A stretch of 64,000 bases of DNA from Candidatus Marinacidobacterales bacterium (GCA_965237955.1 OZ250169.1:7872001-7936000), one strand, 5' to 3'; shown: positions 24,506 to 36,527, counted from the stretch's first letter. Numbers and translations are program-made. The notes: generated by a model from the sequence alone, not told the origin.

Positions 24506-25551
24506 ATGAAGAAGATCCGCTGTGCCATCTATACGCGAAAGAGTGCGGAAGAGGGTCTCGAACAGGAGTTCAACTCCCTCGATGCGCAGCGAGAAGCCTG
24601 CGCCGCGTATGTCGCGAGCCACAAGGCGGAGGGCTGGGTGCTGCTGCCGACTGTCTACGAGGACGCGGGGCTCTCGGGAGGAACCCTGGAGCGCCCGGGC
24701 CTCCAGCGCTTGCTCGCCGACATCGACGCAGGTCTCGTCGAGCAGATCGTGGTCTACAAGGTCGACCGGCTGACCCGTTCCCTCTCCGACTTTGCAAAGC
24801 TCGTCGAGCGGCTCGAGGCGGCCGGCGCGGTTTTCGTCTCGGTGACTCAGTCCTTCAACACCGCGACCAGCATGGGACGACTGACGCTGCATATGCTGCT
24901 GTCCTTCGCACAATTCGAACGCGAGGTCACGGCCGAGCGGATCCGCGATAAGGTCGCTGCCTCCAAGCGCAAGGGACTATGGATGGGCGGCCGCGTACCG
25001 CTCGGCTATGAGAAGGACGAGCGCACGCTGCGCATCAACGAGGCTGAGGCCGAAACGGTCCGGACGCTCTATGCGCTGTACCGAAAGCACGAAACGCTCC
25101 GGCAGGTGAAGGCCGAGGCGGACCGTCTGAGACTGCGCACCAAGCAACGCTTCACCGCTGATGGAACCCGAACGGGCGGGCTGCCGTTCCGTCGCGGACA
25201 CCTCCACTGCCTGCTGACCAATCCTCTCTACGCCGGCCGCATCCGGCACCAGAGGCGTGTCTACGAGGGCCAGCATCCATCGATCATTGCTCCGGAGCTC
25301 TGGGACGCGGTCCAAACGCAGCTGCAGGCAGGGGCTGCCAAACCAAGGAGACGCACGACGAAGGGCCGTGCAGCCCGTTCCCCACTGGCAGGCAAGCTCT
25401 TCGACGAGACCGCGGACCGGCTGACGCCGAGCCACACCAAAAAGAAAAACGGGCAACGGCTCCGCTACTACGTCTCCCGGCGCCTCATCCAGCACAGTGG
25501 CCAAAAGGACCTCTCCGGCTGGCGACTGCCCGCACCCATGCTGGAACAGAC
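24506..25551 (+). pseudogene. Large serine recombinase truncated by IS3
   Basis: RCAIYTRKS, SGGTLERPGL, VYKVDRLTRS. Confidence 0.9.
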
Positions 25552-25581
25552 TGAACCGCCCCGGGTTTTCCGGAGACTGTT

Positions 25582-26813
<1,232 letters not shown>

Positions 26814-26863
26814 GACTCCATCCTCTCAAGAGTTGGAGTCTCCGGAAAACCCGGGGCGGTTCA

Positions 26864-27237
26864 GTACCAACGCAGAAGCGTAGCGGGTGTGGCAACGGAC
26901 GCAATCTGGGCCAGCGCCTCGCGGCCCAAAGCCTGGGCCTTGACCGCGAGCCTGCGCCGGTCGTCGTCCGAGAGCCTGAGACGCTTGCCCCGAAGCCCGG
27001 CTCGGAGCACACGGTTCTCCTCTTGCAGGTAGTCGATCACATCCTGCTGCTGGCGGTTGACCCAGCCAGCTAGAACGAGCAATAGGAATTGCACGTGGTA
27101 CGTCATCATGGATCTGAAGATAACACCCTCGGGCCAGACGATTGTAAAGCCTACGGCCCTTGGCCCCGGCGCAAACACAGACACTAAGCTGCTGATTTAT
27201 GGCCTATTGCAAAAGGGCCGAGTTTTGGCACAGGACG
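26864..27237 (-). mobile_element. Truncated rve element (end A plus 5' transposase)
   Basis: Matches 3853-4226. Confidence 0.9.
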
Positions 27238-27240
27238 CGG

Positions 27241-27282
27241 TCAAACCTCTGCGAGTCACCCCGGCAGAGCCGGGGGTTTACC
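27241..27282. repeat. Hairpin resembling an IS200/IS605 end
   Basis: CCCCGGCAGAGCCGGGG hairpin; no TnpA/TnpB nearby. Confidence 0.4.
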
Positions 27283-27314
27283 TGTGATAATTAAAGATCC
27301 AGGGGACTAGTGGC

Positions 27315-28778
27315 ATGAGCACATCCAAAGAAGAGTTCACGTCTCGATGGGGGATCCTGCTGACCTCGATCGGCATGGCGGTCGGCACCGGGAACATCTG
27401 GCGTTTTCCACGAGTTGCCGCCGCGAATGGAGGAGGATCGTTTCTCATCCCCTGGGTGATCTTCCTGTTCGCGTGGGCGATCCCGCTGCTTCTCGTCGAG
27501 TTCGCTCTCGGCAAGACCACCCGCCGCGGCCCGGCGGGCGCCGTTGGAACGTTGATAGGAGAACGCTACAACTGGTTGGGCGTTTTCGTGGGACTGGTGA
27601 CGTGCTTCATCATGTTCTATTACTCCGTCGTCACCGGGTGGTGTCTGAAGTACTTTACCGTTTCCTTGGGCACGGTGTTCTCCGCCGACAATGCCGAGAG
27701 TTACTGGACGCGATTCACTAGTGATCCCATCCAACCGGTCATCTTCCACGCCATAGCACTCGCTATAGGATGCTCCATCATTTATAGAGGCGTCGTCCGT
27801 GGTATCGAGCGGACCAACCGCATCCTCATCCCGGCGCTTTTCGTGCTCCTCATCATCGCGGCCATCCGTGCGGTCACTCTTCCCGGGGCCGTGAAAGGCC
27901 TGGCCTATCTGTTCACGCCGAACTGGGAAGACCTCGGAAACTACCAAGTCTGGCTGGCAGCGCTAACCCAATCCGCGTGGAGCACCGGGGCGGGCTGGGG
28001 CCTGGTGACGACCTATGGCGTGTACTTCCGCAAGAAAGACACGTTCACGCTGACGACGCTCACGACCGCGTTCGGCAACAGTTCGGCTTCGCTTCTCGCC
28101 GGCATCGCGGTGATGTGTACCGTCTTCGCCCTTCTTCCCGAAGACCAGGCCTCGGCCGCTCTCGCTGCCGGCAACGAAGGCCTGACGTTCATCTGGATGC
28201 CGCAGCTTTTCTCGTCGATGCCCGGAGGGCGAATCTTTCTCCCCATTTTCTTCCTCGCGCTGAGCTTCGCGGCGATTTCTTCGCTCATCGCCATGCTCGA
28301 AATGGCGTCCCGCATGATGATGGACCTGGGTTTTTCGCGCGCCCGCGCCGTGCCCACGGTCGGCGTGGTGTCGTTCGTGCTCGGCCTTCCCTCGGCGTTT
28401 TTCATGGGCTTTTTCAAGAATCAGGATTGGGTCTGGGGCATCGGCCTCATGTTCTCCGGTTTCTTCATCGCGGTGACCGTCATCAAGTATGGAGCGGCGA
28501 AATTCCGGGAGGAGCTCATCAACACCGAAGATGAGAAGCATCCGATCGGTAGCTGGTTCGTGTGGGCCATCTCGATCGTCGTGCCGCTCGAGTTTCTTGC
28601 CATGCTGGCATGGTGGTTCTACCAATCGGCGACGCAATTCGATCCCGATGGCTGGTGGAAGCTCCGGAGTGAATCGAGCGTTGGGACCGCCGTCATCCAA
28701 ATTTCGGTGCTCGTCGTCGTGGTTGTCATCACCAACACCTACTGGGTCCACCGCCTGAAAAAGAGTAGCGGATCGTGA
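27315..28778 (+). CDS. Sodium-dependent transporter, NSS/SNF family
   Basis: GMAVGTGNIWRFP...NGGGSFLIPW; multiple transmembrane segments. Confidence 0.93.
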   Translation: MSTSKEEFTSRWGILLTSIGMAVGTGNIWRFPRVAAANGGGSFLIPWVIFLFAWAIPLLLVEFALGKTTRRGPAGAVGTLIGERYNWLGVFVGLVTCFIMFYYSVVTGWCLKYFTVSLGTVFSADNAESYWTRFTSDPIQPVIFHAIALAIGCSIIYRGVVRGIERTNRILIPALFVLLIIAAIRAVTLPGAVKGLAYLFTPNWEDLGNYQVWLAALTQSAWSTGAGWGLVTTYGVYFRKKDTFTLTTLTTAFGNSSASLLAGIAVMCTVFALLPEDQASAALAAGNEGLTFIWMPQLFSSMPGGRIFLPIFFLALSFAAISSLIAMLEMASRMMMDLGFSRARAVPTVGVVSFVLGLPSAFFMGFFKNQDWVWGIGLMFSGFFIAVTVIKYGAAKFREELINTEDEKHPIGSWFVWAISIVVPLEFLAMLAWWFYQSATQFDPDGWWKLRSESSVGTAVIQISVLVVVVVITNTYWVHRLKKSSGS

Positions 28779-28955
28779 GCTTGGAGCTCGCGGAGAAGGA
28801 CAAAGCACTCCTCGCGGGCGAACTCGGTCGTGCTGCGAAGATGGCGATGTCCATCCTCGTGCGCATGGCCGACGTGTACCGCGCGGAGCGCATGCTCGAC
28901 ATCACCGGCGCTCACGTCGACAGCACCATCTACGTTGGCGACGCTGGGCTCGAGT
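28775..28955 (+). pseudogene. N-terminal fragment of aconitase X (DUF521-like)
   Basis: LLAGELGRAAKMAMSILVRMA...MLDITGAHVDSTIYVGDAGLEF, then an abrupt junction. Confidence 0.7.
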
Positions 28956-29182
28956 TCAGATCAGATCCTCTTCGGTCTGGCTTTCATTGGGCGTCTTCCT
29001 CGTCGGAAAAAGGTTGAAAACGTCCCGGACGGAGGCTTCGATGGCGTCCTGTGCCAAAACTCGGCCCTTTTGAAATAGGCCATAAATCAGCAACTTAGTG
29101 TCTGTGTTTGCGACCGTGCCAAGGGCCGTGGGCTTTACAATCGTCTTGGGGCGTAGCCTCGTCTTAGCCCCAAAGTTCATGA

Positions 29183-29907
29183 TTACACTGCCTCAGCTTT
29201 CCAACGAACCGAGCCCAGTTCGATTGGCAACGCCTTGATCAGATCGTTAAGCCCATCAAGGTCATTGGTCACCTTTTTGTGAACGTAGGGAGTCAAAAGC
29301 CCAGGCACTGGTGCCACGTCGGCGTAGCGGAGAGTGATAATCGCGAACTTCTTGCCCTTCTTGCGCTTCTGAAGGACCGCATAGTCAACCTCTGTAGCCA
29401 AGTATTTTTCGTCGGTGAAACGTTCGGTGATGAAAAATATCGCGGCGCAAGACTCTTCGAATCCTTGCAAAAGCTCCCGCTCTAAGTTCGCACCAGCGGA
29501 CATTTCCGGCTCATCAAGCCAAGGATTGAAGCCGAGGGTTTTCAGAGCGTGGTAGTAGCGGTAGACGAGTGGCTTGTCGATGGACTTGTGGCTTAGAAAA
29601 ATTCGAACTTGGCGAGGGCGCGGAATACGACTGAGGGGAACGGCCTGCACAGCGCGCGCCTCCGGCGTCGCCAAATCGGCGGCGTCGCCAAGTCGCTGGG
29701 ACAGAACTTCTGCAAACGGGCGGAGCACGAGCGTCTGGAAAAACTCAACTGCCTCATCACGCTCGCGCTTCCCGTAGACAAGGCCCAATTCGAAGATCCG
29801 GATATCGTTTTCCCTAGCAGATCTAATAACCCGATAGCGCAGCACGAGCTCCTCATCTTGATCTGAAGGGAACGAAATTTTCGTCCTGCGATCTGTCGCA
29901 CCGACCC
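29183..29907 (-). pseudogene. Protein with a C-terminal TIR domain, 5' end removed by end A
   Basis: IFLSHKSIDKPLV...LGFNPWLDE...YLATEVDYA. Confidence 0.8.
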
Positions 29908-30107
29908 CGTCCTGTGCCAAAACTCGGCTCTTTTGAAATAGGCTACAAATCAGCAACTTAGTGTCTGTGTTTGCGACATCCCAAAGGGCCGTAGGCCGGC
30001 TGTGCCTTCTATTTATTCATCCGGGCGCCCCAAACTTGATTAGTCTCCGGTCTGCCGGCACCATGCCTGCTTGATTTCGTCGTTTGTTCGCGCTCTCATC
30101 TCCGCCT

Positions 30108-31192
30108 GGCGTTGTTGCACGGCCCGGAGCAAATCGCTGACCTCCCTGTGCCGGTTGCAGAGTCACCCGGCGCAGTACGTATCGGGCATCCCGAGCGCAG
30201 CCATCTTGTTGAGTATCTCGCACCCAATTCGGTGTTCAACTCGTTGCCTCGCCAACGTTCGAGCCCGCATCTCCGGCCCGATGATCGCCTTGTAACGATA
30301 GACCGCGTTCTCCGCCATGCTTCGCTTGGTGTAGCCTGAGAGCTTGTACCATTCACGTCGGCCGTGTCTTTCGATTGCACGAATATGGCGATCGCGCTCC
30401 TGCATGGCGGTGTTCGAATTCTGACTGAGCGTCGCGTTTCGTTGCGGCGGAATCACCACGCGCGTCCTTCGTCCAGGACTGTGCGCTTCGATGGCTTCGT
30501 AGACCGCTTCCTTGTCGTATGCACTGTCCGCCGCCACCGACACTAGAGGTGCTTGAATCTGTGTTAGCAAAGCGGGGACTCGGGTTGCGTCGCGAGCGCG
30601 TGACGCCGTCAGTTCGGACGCAACAATGTTCCCTGTCTCGCGATCAACGGCGATGTGCAACTTGCGCCATGCGCGCTGCTTTGGCGGTTTGCGGGCGTTT
30701 CCAACATGAATCCTCAAGCCCGTGCTATCGATCATCAGGTGGATGGGTTGAGTGCTCGCGGCTTTCGGAATCCGCAGCTTCTTGCGGAGCAACCTCGAGC
30801 GCCGACACAACGTCGAGTAGTCCGGGATCTCGATACCGAGCCCGAGAAGCGAGGCGATCGAGTGCAAGAAGCCTTCGGTTTGTCGGTAGGCGAGCTTGTA
30901 CACCATCCGGACAACCAGGCCCGTTTCAATCGCCATGTCTGAATAGACCCGTTGACCGCCAGGCTTACCGGTCTTGTCGGCCTTCCAGTTCGCGATTGCC
31001 TCCTCGTCAAACCAGACTGTCAAATCGCCCCGGCGGCGCAGCCCTTCGTTGTATTCCGCCCAGTTGTGAACGTGGTACTTCTTCTGCTTCGCGTGCTTGT
31101 ACTGGCAGCGCTTGGGATACTTCATGCTCGAACATACCTCGGCCACCACCATAGGCGGATTTCGCTCTCAGCCAGAGCGGTGCAACAACGCC
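30108..31192 (-). mobile_element. IS5 family, IS903-like element
   Basis: Inverted repeats GGCGTTGTTGCAC; abuts the end-D transposase start on its left. Confidence 0.9.
30163..31125 (-). CDS. IS5 (IS903 group) transposase
   Basis: NWAEYNEGLRRRGDLT, IDSTGL, WRKLH, ADSAYD, GYTKRSMAENAVYRYK. Confidence 0.92.
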   Translation of the reverse strand: MKYPKRCQYKHAKQKKYHVHNWAEYNEGLRRRGDLTVWFDEEAIANWKADKTGKPGGQRVYSDMAIETGLVVRMVYKLAYRQTEGFLHSIASLLGLGIEIPDYSTLCRRSRLLRKKLRIPKAASTQPIHLMIDSTGLRIHVGNARKPPKQRAWRKLHIAVDRETGNIVASELTASRARDATRVPALLTQIQAPLVSVAADSAYDKEAVYEAIEAHSPGRRTRVVIPPQRNATLSQNSNTAMQERDRHIRAIERHGRREWYKLSGYTKRSMAENAVYRYKAIIGPEMRARTLARQRVEHRIGCEILNKMAALGMPDTYCAG

Positions 31193-31336
31193 GATGAAAG
31201 TCGTCGAGCATCGAACACTGCACCCGTATCCCGAACAGCGACTGCGCGTCATGACCTGAGGTAGGAGCCCAGTGCGTTAGCAGCGCTCGCTGGGATCTGT
31301 GCGGGGGGCCGCCCGTAAGGGCGGTCCCTACCGCGA
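31193..31336 (+). mobile_element. Group II intron 3' remnant (maturase tail, domains V-VI)
   Basis: LHPYPEQRLRVMT*, then GAGCCCAGTGCGTTAGCAGCGCTCGCTGGGATCTGTGCGGGGGGCCGCCCGTAAGGGCGGTCCCTACCGCGA. Confidence 0.85.
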
Positions 31337-31438
31337 AAGACCGACCCCCAAGATACTAGGCTCAAGCCCGTGGTGAACCCACCATGCTGCGCATCAGAAA
31401 CGGCCGTCAGCCTCAACTTGACGATGCCGGTAAAAAGG

Positions 31439-32074
31439 CTAGGGCGCGGTGGGTAGCAACGCCCAGCCAATGCACCGCTCAGCATCATCAAGCAAACTTG
31501 CCGCTACGGGGTCCTCAAGCAGTGGTACTCCAAGCCTGACCAGACAACAGGGCAAGTCCAGCTCCGCCGGTAGCTCCGCCGCCAACCAGCGCACGCCCTT
31601 CGCTGCGCCCCCGACCGTCCAGGCCGTCACGCAACGAACCATGACTCGGCGCTCGGTTCCCTCAATGAGCCAGCCCACCGCGCCGATCCAGGTGTTCCTG
31701 ATGCTTAGAAAGTATTCGGTGAATCCGGGCAACGGCACCACATGGCCGCTGGTGGCCACCTTGATAATGGGCCGCAACGCGGCCAGCGTCTCAGGGCGAA
31801 CATCCGAGCGTGGCATCTGGGCCATGTGGCCCGTCGATAGGTGGTAGTGGTGCATCACCCCGTCGGCGAAACAACGCCCAAGGGTAGCAACCCGTTCGCC
31901 AACATCTCCCTCGCCCGTTAGCACCTCCGGTCGGATTGGTGGGGGCTCCGCAACCTGCAATGCTTTGGTTTTCGTCGGCTTCCCAGTGCTCGCCTTTGCC
32001 CGATCCTTTGCTCGCTTTTTACGTATAGCTTCCCGGGCAAATCGCCGATATGCATCCGGAGATCGGTAGAACAT
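31439..32074 (-). CDS. Hypothetical protein (paralog of 35113-35574); start uncertain
   Basis: Shared HYxLST...PRSDVRPExLAALR...LDDAERCIxWAL. Confidence 0.6.
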   Translation of the reverse strand: MFYRSPDAYRRFAREAIRKKRAKDRAKASTGKPTKTKALQVAEPPPIRPEVLTGEGDVGERVATLGRCFADGVMHHYHLSTGHMAQMPRSDVRPETLAALRPIIKVATSGHVVPLPGFTEYFLSIRNTWIGAVGWLIEGTERRVMVRCVTAWTVGGAAKGVRWLAAELPAELDLPCCLVRLGVPLLEDPVAASLLDDAERCIGWALLPTAP

Positions 32075-32154
32075 TCTTGAGGCGAAGTATACCCTCCGAG
32101 AAGGTGCTTCTGCCATCAAGTAGTGTTACACCGCTAGAGGCATTTGAATGCTAG

Positions 32155-32279
32155 TCCCCTGGGTCTTTGATTACTATACAAAGTTAGACTTTTAGCCAGC
32201 CCATAAGATTCATAAGAGTCATGCACTTAGAATGGTTTCGGCAAGCTCTGCTTTGTCTAGTTGTTTCTGCTACAGGGGA
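32155..32279. mobile_element. 125-bp miniature element with CTAG target duplication
   Basis: TCCCCTG...CAGGGGA between CTAG copies at 32151 and 32280; empty site TTTGAATGCTAGTGTCAGTTGG at about 9820-9841. Confidence 0.75.
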
Positions 32280-32660
32280 CTAGTGTCAGTTGGCCTGCGT
32301 ATGTTGGCGAACGAAATTGTCGGTCAGCCGATTCTGCTTAACTTGACAATAACCGCGGCGACCATGGCAGAAGCTGCATGTAGGCGACGGCGACTCCTCT
32401 GCCGCAGGCTCGCCGAAGGTCACGACGGTTTGATCTCGAAGGCCGCATCGATGCCATCGAATGCGAAGACTCTGGTCGCGTTTGCGGAGAGGGTCTGTCT
32501 CATTTTCTGAAGGGACACACCTCGCGCGACAGCCAGTCGCTCGGGCTGTTGTGGTGGCATGCCCTGCTCCGCCTATCGCGGAGCGCCATTGGCCGAGTCA
32601 CGACCAAGAGGACAACGATGGAGCCTGATCAGAAGCCTGCATGCAGTGCACCCTCAATCT

Positions 32661-32804
32661 TCGCGGTAGGGACCGCCCTTACGGGCGGCCCCCCGCACAG
32701 ATCCCAGCGAGCGCTGCTAACGCACTGGGCTCCTACCTCAGGTCATGACGCGCAGTCGCTGTTCGGGATACGGGTGCAGTGTTCGATGCTCGACGACTTT
32801 CATC
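32661..32804 (-). mobile_element. Second group II intron 3' remnant
   Basis: Reverse complement of 31193-31336. Confidence 0.85.
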
Positions 32805-33885
32805 GGCGTTGTTGCACCGCTCTGGCTGAGAGCGAAATCCGCCTATGGTGGTGGCCGAGGTATGTTCGAGCATGAAGTATCCCAAGCGCTGCCAGTACAA
32901 GCACGCGAAGCAGAAGAAGTACCACGTTCGCAACTGGGCGGAATACAACGAAGGGCTGCGCCGCCGGGGCGATTTGACAGTCTGGTTTGACGAGGAGGCA
33001 ATCGCGAACTGGAAGGCCGACAAGACCGGTAAGCTTGGCGGTCAACGGGTCTATTCAGACATGGCGATTGAAACGGGCCTGGTTGTCCGGATGGTGTACA
33101 AGCTCGCCTACCGACAAACCGAAGGCTTCTTGCACTCGATCGCCTCGCTTCTCGGGCTCGGTATCGAGATCCCGGACTACTCGACGTTGTGTCGGCGCTC
33201 GAGGTTGCTCCGCAAGAAGCTGCGGATTCCGAAAGCCGCGAGCACTCAACCCATCCACCTGATGATCGATAGCACGGGCTTGAGGATTCATGTTGGAAAC
33301 GCTCGCAAACCGCCAAAGCAGCGCGCATGGCGCAAGTTGCACATCGCCGTTGATCGCGAGACAGGGAACATTGTTGCGTCCGAACTGACGGCGTCACGAG
33401 CTCGCGACGCAACCCGAGTCCCCGCTTTGCTAACACAGATTCAAGCACCTCTAGTGTCGGTGGCGGCGGACAGTGCATACGACAAGGAAGCGGTCTACGA
33501 AGCCATCGAAGCGCACAGTCCTGGACGAAGGACGCGCGTGGTGATTCCGCCGCAACGAAACGCGACGCTCAGTCAGAATTCGAACACCGCCATTGCAGGA
33601 GCGCGATCGCCATATTCGTGCAATCGAAAGACACGGCCGACGTGAATGGTACAAGCTCTCAGGCTACACCAAGCGAAGCATGGTGGAGAACGCGGTCTAT
33701 CGTTACAAGGCGATCATCGGGCCGGAGATGCGGGCTCGAACGTTGGCGAGGCAACGAGTTGAACACCGAATTGGGTGCGAGATACTCAACAAGATGGCTG
33801 CGCTCGGGATGCCCGATACGTACTGCGCCGGGTGACTCTGCAACCGGCACAGGGAGGTCAGCGATTTGCTCCGGGCCGTGCAACA
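32805..33885 (+). mobile_element. IS5/IS903-like copy with frameshifted transposase
   Basis: Near-identical to 30108-31192; extra base near 33593; right inverted repeat clipped. Confidence 0.9.
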
Positions 33886-34082
33886 TCGTCGACCTTGAGG
33901 CCAGCATCCCACTCGCCAACGAGGTGACGCTGGCGGTCGGTGGCCAAAACATATTTGACGTTTTCTCGGACAGGATGGACCTTTTCGCTGCCGAGTTCGG
34001 CCTCCCCTACAGCCAGTTCACGCCGTGGGGTTTAAGTGGCGGGTACTACTACGCCCGCATCAACTACCAGTGGGGCCACTAG
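33886..34082 (+). pseudogene. C-terminal fragment of a TonB-dependent receptor
   Basis: VDLEASI...TLAVGGQNIFD...PWGLSGGYYYARINYQW beta-barrel terminus. Confidence 0.7.
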
Positions 34083-34298
34083 CTGTCATCAATCTATTCC
34101 GAAACGTCCCGGCGTGCCGATCTTGAGTTCGTTTGTATTTTTGGACACGACGCGTTCGCCGGCACAGGCAGGCCAACTGAAGCAACACTTGATGGCAGAA
34201 GCACCGAAATCAAGCTGTCGTGTGATAGATTCTTGGGTCCGGAAACCGATGCAACGTGTCCACGGGCTTGAGAAATGCCAGGAATTTGAGAGGTTTCA

Positions 34299-34709
34299 AT
34301 GAAAGACAATAAAACGATTGCCGAGCTGACATCGGAGTTGGTGGCACAGGTGGAGAAGCTGCTGCATAAGCTAGTTCCACGAATCACCGCTGTTCTTGCT
34401 GAGCCGGACGCTGCTGAGCCGGACGCTGCCGAGCCAGAGGCTGCCGAGCCGGACGCTGCTGAGCCGGACGCTGCCGAGCCGGACGCTGCCGAGCCAGAGG
34501 CTGCCGAGCTGGAGGTTGCCGAGCCGGACGCTGCTAAGCCAGACGCTGCCGAGCCGGACGCTGCCGAGCCGGACGCTGCCGAGCCAGAGGCTGCCGAGCC
34601 AGAGGTTGCTGAGCCAGAGGCTGCCGAGCCAGAGGCTGCCGAGCCAGAGGCTGCTGAGCCAGAGGTCGACGATGGCGATTCGCAATCCCCGGAAGACCGC
34701 GCAAAGTAA
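34299..34709 (+). CDS. Acidic pentapeptide-repeat protein
   Basis: GAGAGG upstream; short helical N-terminus, then (AEPDA/AEPEA)n. Confidence 0.55.
   Translation: MKDNKTIAELTSELVAQVEKLLHKLVPRITAVLAEPDAAEPDAAEPEAAEPDAAEPDAAEPDAAEPEAAELEVAEPDAAKPDAAEPDAAEPDAAEPEAAEPEVAEPEAAEPEAAEPEAAEPEVDDGDSQSPEDRAK
34398..34666 (+). repeat. 15-bp tandem repeat, about 18 units
   Basis: GC(C/T)GAGCC(G/A)GA(C/G)GCT units. Confidence 0.95.
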
Positions 34710-34814
34710 TGGAGGGCATAGAACTGAGGCAGGGGATATGATTCTTCCCCCGAACGCTGCGGGGATAGAACCCTTCTTCTACCGATGATTAAGTCGAAAC
34801 CCTCGGCCAGAGCG

Positions 34815-35084
34815 GGGAAGCTCGGCTCGGCAAACGAAAGTGGCACACAGAATCGGGCTACAGCAAACGGAGCAAAGTCGAGACAACGTTCCATCGCTTA
34901 CAAGGCTATCGTGGGCTCAGCAATGCGAGCGAGAGGGCTGGCGGCACAGAGAGTCGAGGCAAGGATCGGGTGCAAGATTCTCAACACGATGACGGCGCTC
35001 GGGATGCCTGATAGCGAGATGATCGGATGATGGGAGTCGGGGCCAAGCGAGTTCTCGGCCTCTATCGGAGTTGTGCACCAAGGC
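34815..35084 (+). pseudogene. 3' remnant of a second IS5/IS903-like variant
   Basis: YKAIVGSAMRAR...LNTMTALGMPDS; matches the reverse complement of 63413-63680. Confidence 0.8.
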
Positions 35085-35112
35085 AGCAGATCTCCGGCCA
35101 GGATGGCCCAGA

Positions 35113-35574
35113 ATGAGCGGCGGTGAGGTGATGTTCCACTACACCCTATCAACCTGCCACACAGAGAAGACGCCACGCTCGGATGTACGACCCGAGATGC
35201 TGGCCGCATTGCGTTCTACCGTCGAGGTAGCCATCGGTGGCAAGGCGGTGCCATTGCCAGGATTCCCCTATTACGCGCTCAGCATCAGGAACACCTGGAC
35301 CGGCGCGGTGGGCTGGCTTCTCGAGGGAGCCGAGCGGCGCGTCCTGGTTCGTTGCGTGACCGCCTGGACGGGCGGGGGCGTGACGAAGGGCTTGGCCTGG
35401 TTGGCGGCGACACTACCGGCGGATCTGGCTCTAGAGTTTCCCTGCTGTCTGGTCAAGCCTGGAGTAGCATTCCTTAAGGATTCCGGCGCGGCTAGTTGTC
35501 TTGATGACGCGGAACGTTGCATTAGCTGGGCGCTCGTCGATGCGAGCGCGCCCGACCCCGAGACGGCGGCCTGA
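35113..35574 (+). CDS. Hypothetical protein (paralog of 31439-32074), probably 5'-truncated
   Basis: Clear similarity to the paralog. Confidence 0.55.
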   Translation: MSGGEVMFHYTLSTCHTEKTPRSDVRPEMLAALRSTVEVAIGGKAVPLPGFPYYALSIRNTWTGAVGWLLEGAERRVLVRCVTAWTGGGVTKGLAWLAATLPADLALEFPCCLVKPGVAFLKDSGAASCLDDAERCISWALVDASAPDPETAA

Positions 35575-35641
35575 TTCGAGGCCAGGGTGGGTTGTCCATC
35601 ATCATTATGAGTCCGGGACTGGACTCTAGGGCCCGGACCGC

Positions 35642-35858
35642 TGTCCCTTCCATAAACTTGAGCTGCATGAGATTGTCAAACTGCCTGCAACCAGGACGCT
35701 CTGGTCATCTTCATGTAGGACGTTTTGAGAGCCGGCGTCGGCTCTACTCAGGGGTAGAGGTGTAAGCTGGTGCGAAGTTCTGCAGCCGTCCCGAGCAGAT
35801 CGGACTCAAGCAGCGCGTCGAGTGTAATAATGATGGAGACCACCAACCTTTGGAATGG
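35642..35858 (-). mobile_element. End D (right) plus integrase-core C-terminus
   Basis: TGTCCCTTCCATAAACT; minus strand encodes AIPKVGGLHHYYTRRAA*; repeated at 55257-55482 and partly at 53692-53760. Confidence 0.75.
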
Positions 35859-36020
35859 CGTCCTGTGCCGAAACTCGGCCCTTTTGAATGGTTGGAGAAG
35901 ATTGTGATCCGCAAAAAAGGAAGAACGCGTATCGGCGGGCAGAAGAAAACGCCCCCGATGCCGACACCCCATTAGACTCAGAACTCCTTTAAAACGGCAA
36001 GAAAAATCAAGCGCCAGAGT

Positions 36021-36356
36021 TTAACTCTTCAACGCAAATGTGAGCCTTTGGCCGTCTCCAAAGGTGCGTCCTCCGAGAGCATTGGGCTCGGCGAGCGTCA
36101 GCGCAAGGGCGTGACGGACTTTTGGCTCGTCCGGCGGCCTGAGCTCAACGACAATCTCGTCGGTCGATCTGTTTGCTATTGTGCCTGGGAGTTGGAGTTG
36201 GAGAATCGAACGGAAAAAAGTTAACCAATCCCTGGGATCTTTGTAGTGCTTGAAGAAGCGGCGGGCCAGTAGGCGCTCGGCATTATAAGTGGCGATTTTG
36301 ATGGCATTAACAAGGTTGCGTCGCTCGGTTCGCATCGTGGCTCGATAATTCTTCCC
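36021..36356 (-). pseudogene. C-terminal fragment of a probable transposase
   Basis: ERRNLVNAIKIATYNAERLLAR; cut by end A. Confidence 0.5.
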
Positions 36357-36527
36357 CGTCCTGTGCCAAAACTCGCCCCTCTTGAAATAGACCACAAATC
36401 AGCAGCTTAGACGCCCTTGGAATCCGCCGACCCTTGGGCTGCGTGGCGAGCTGCGGGCAGCGGACTTCGCACCCGGAAGTCCCTCATTAGACTGGACTTT
36501 ATCGAGCACAAGAGCGAACGTTCGGTG

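Noticed and set aside
28956-29044. Minus-strand fragment FPTRKTPNESQTEEDLI resembling a Type IIG restriction-modification N-terminus
   Set aside because: Under 30 codons, too short to support a call
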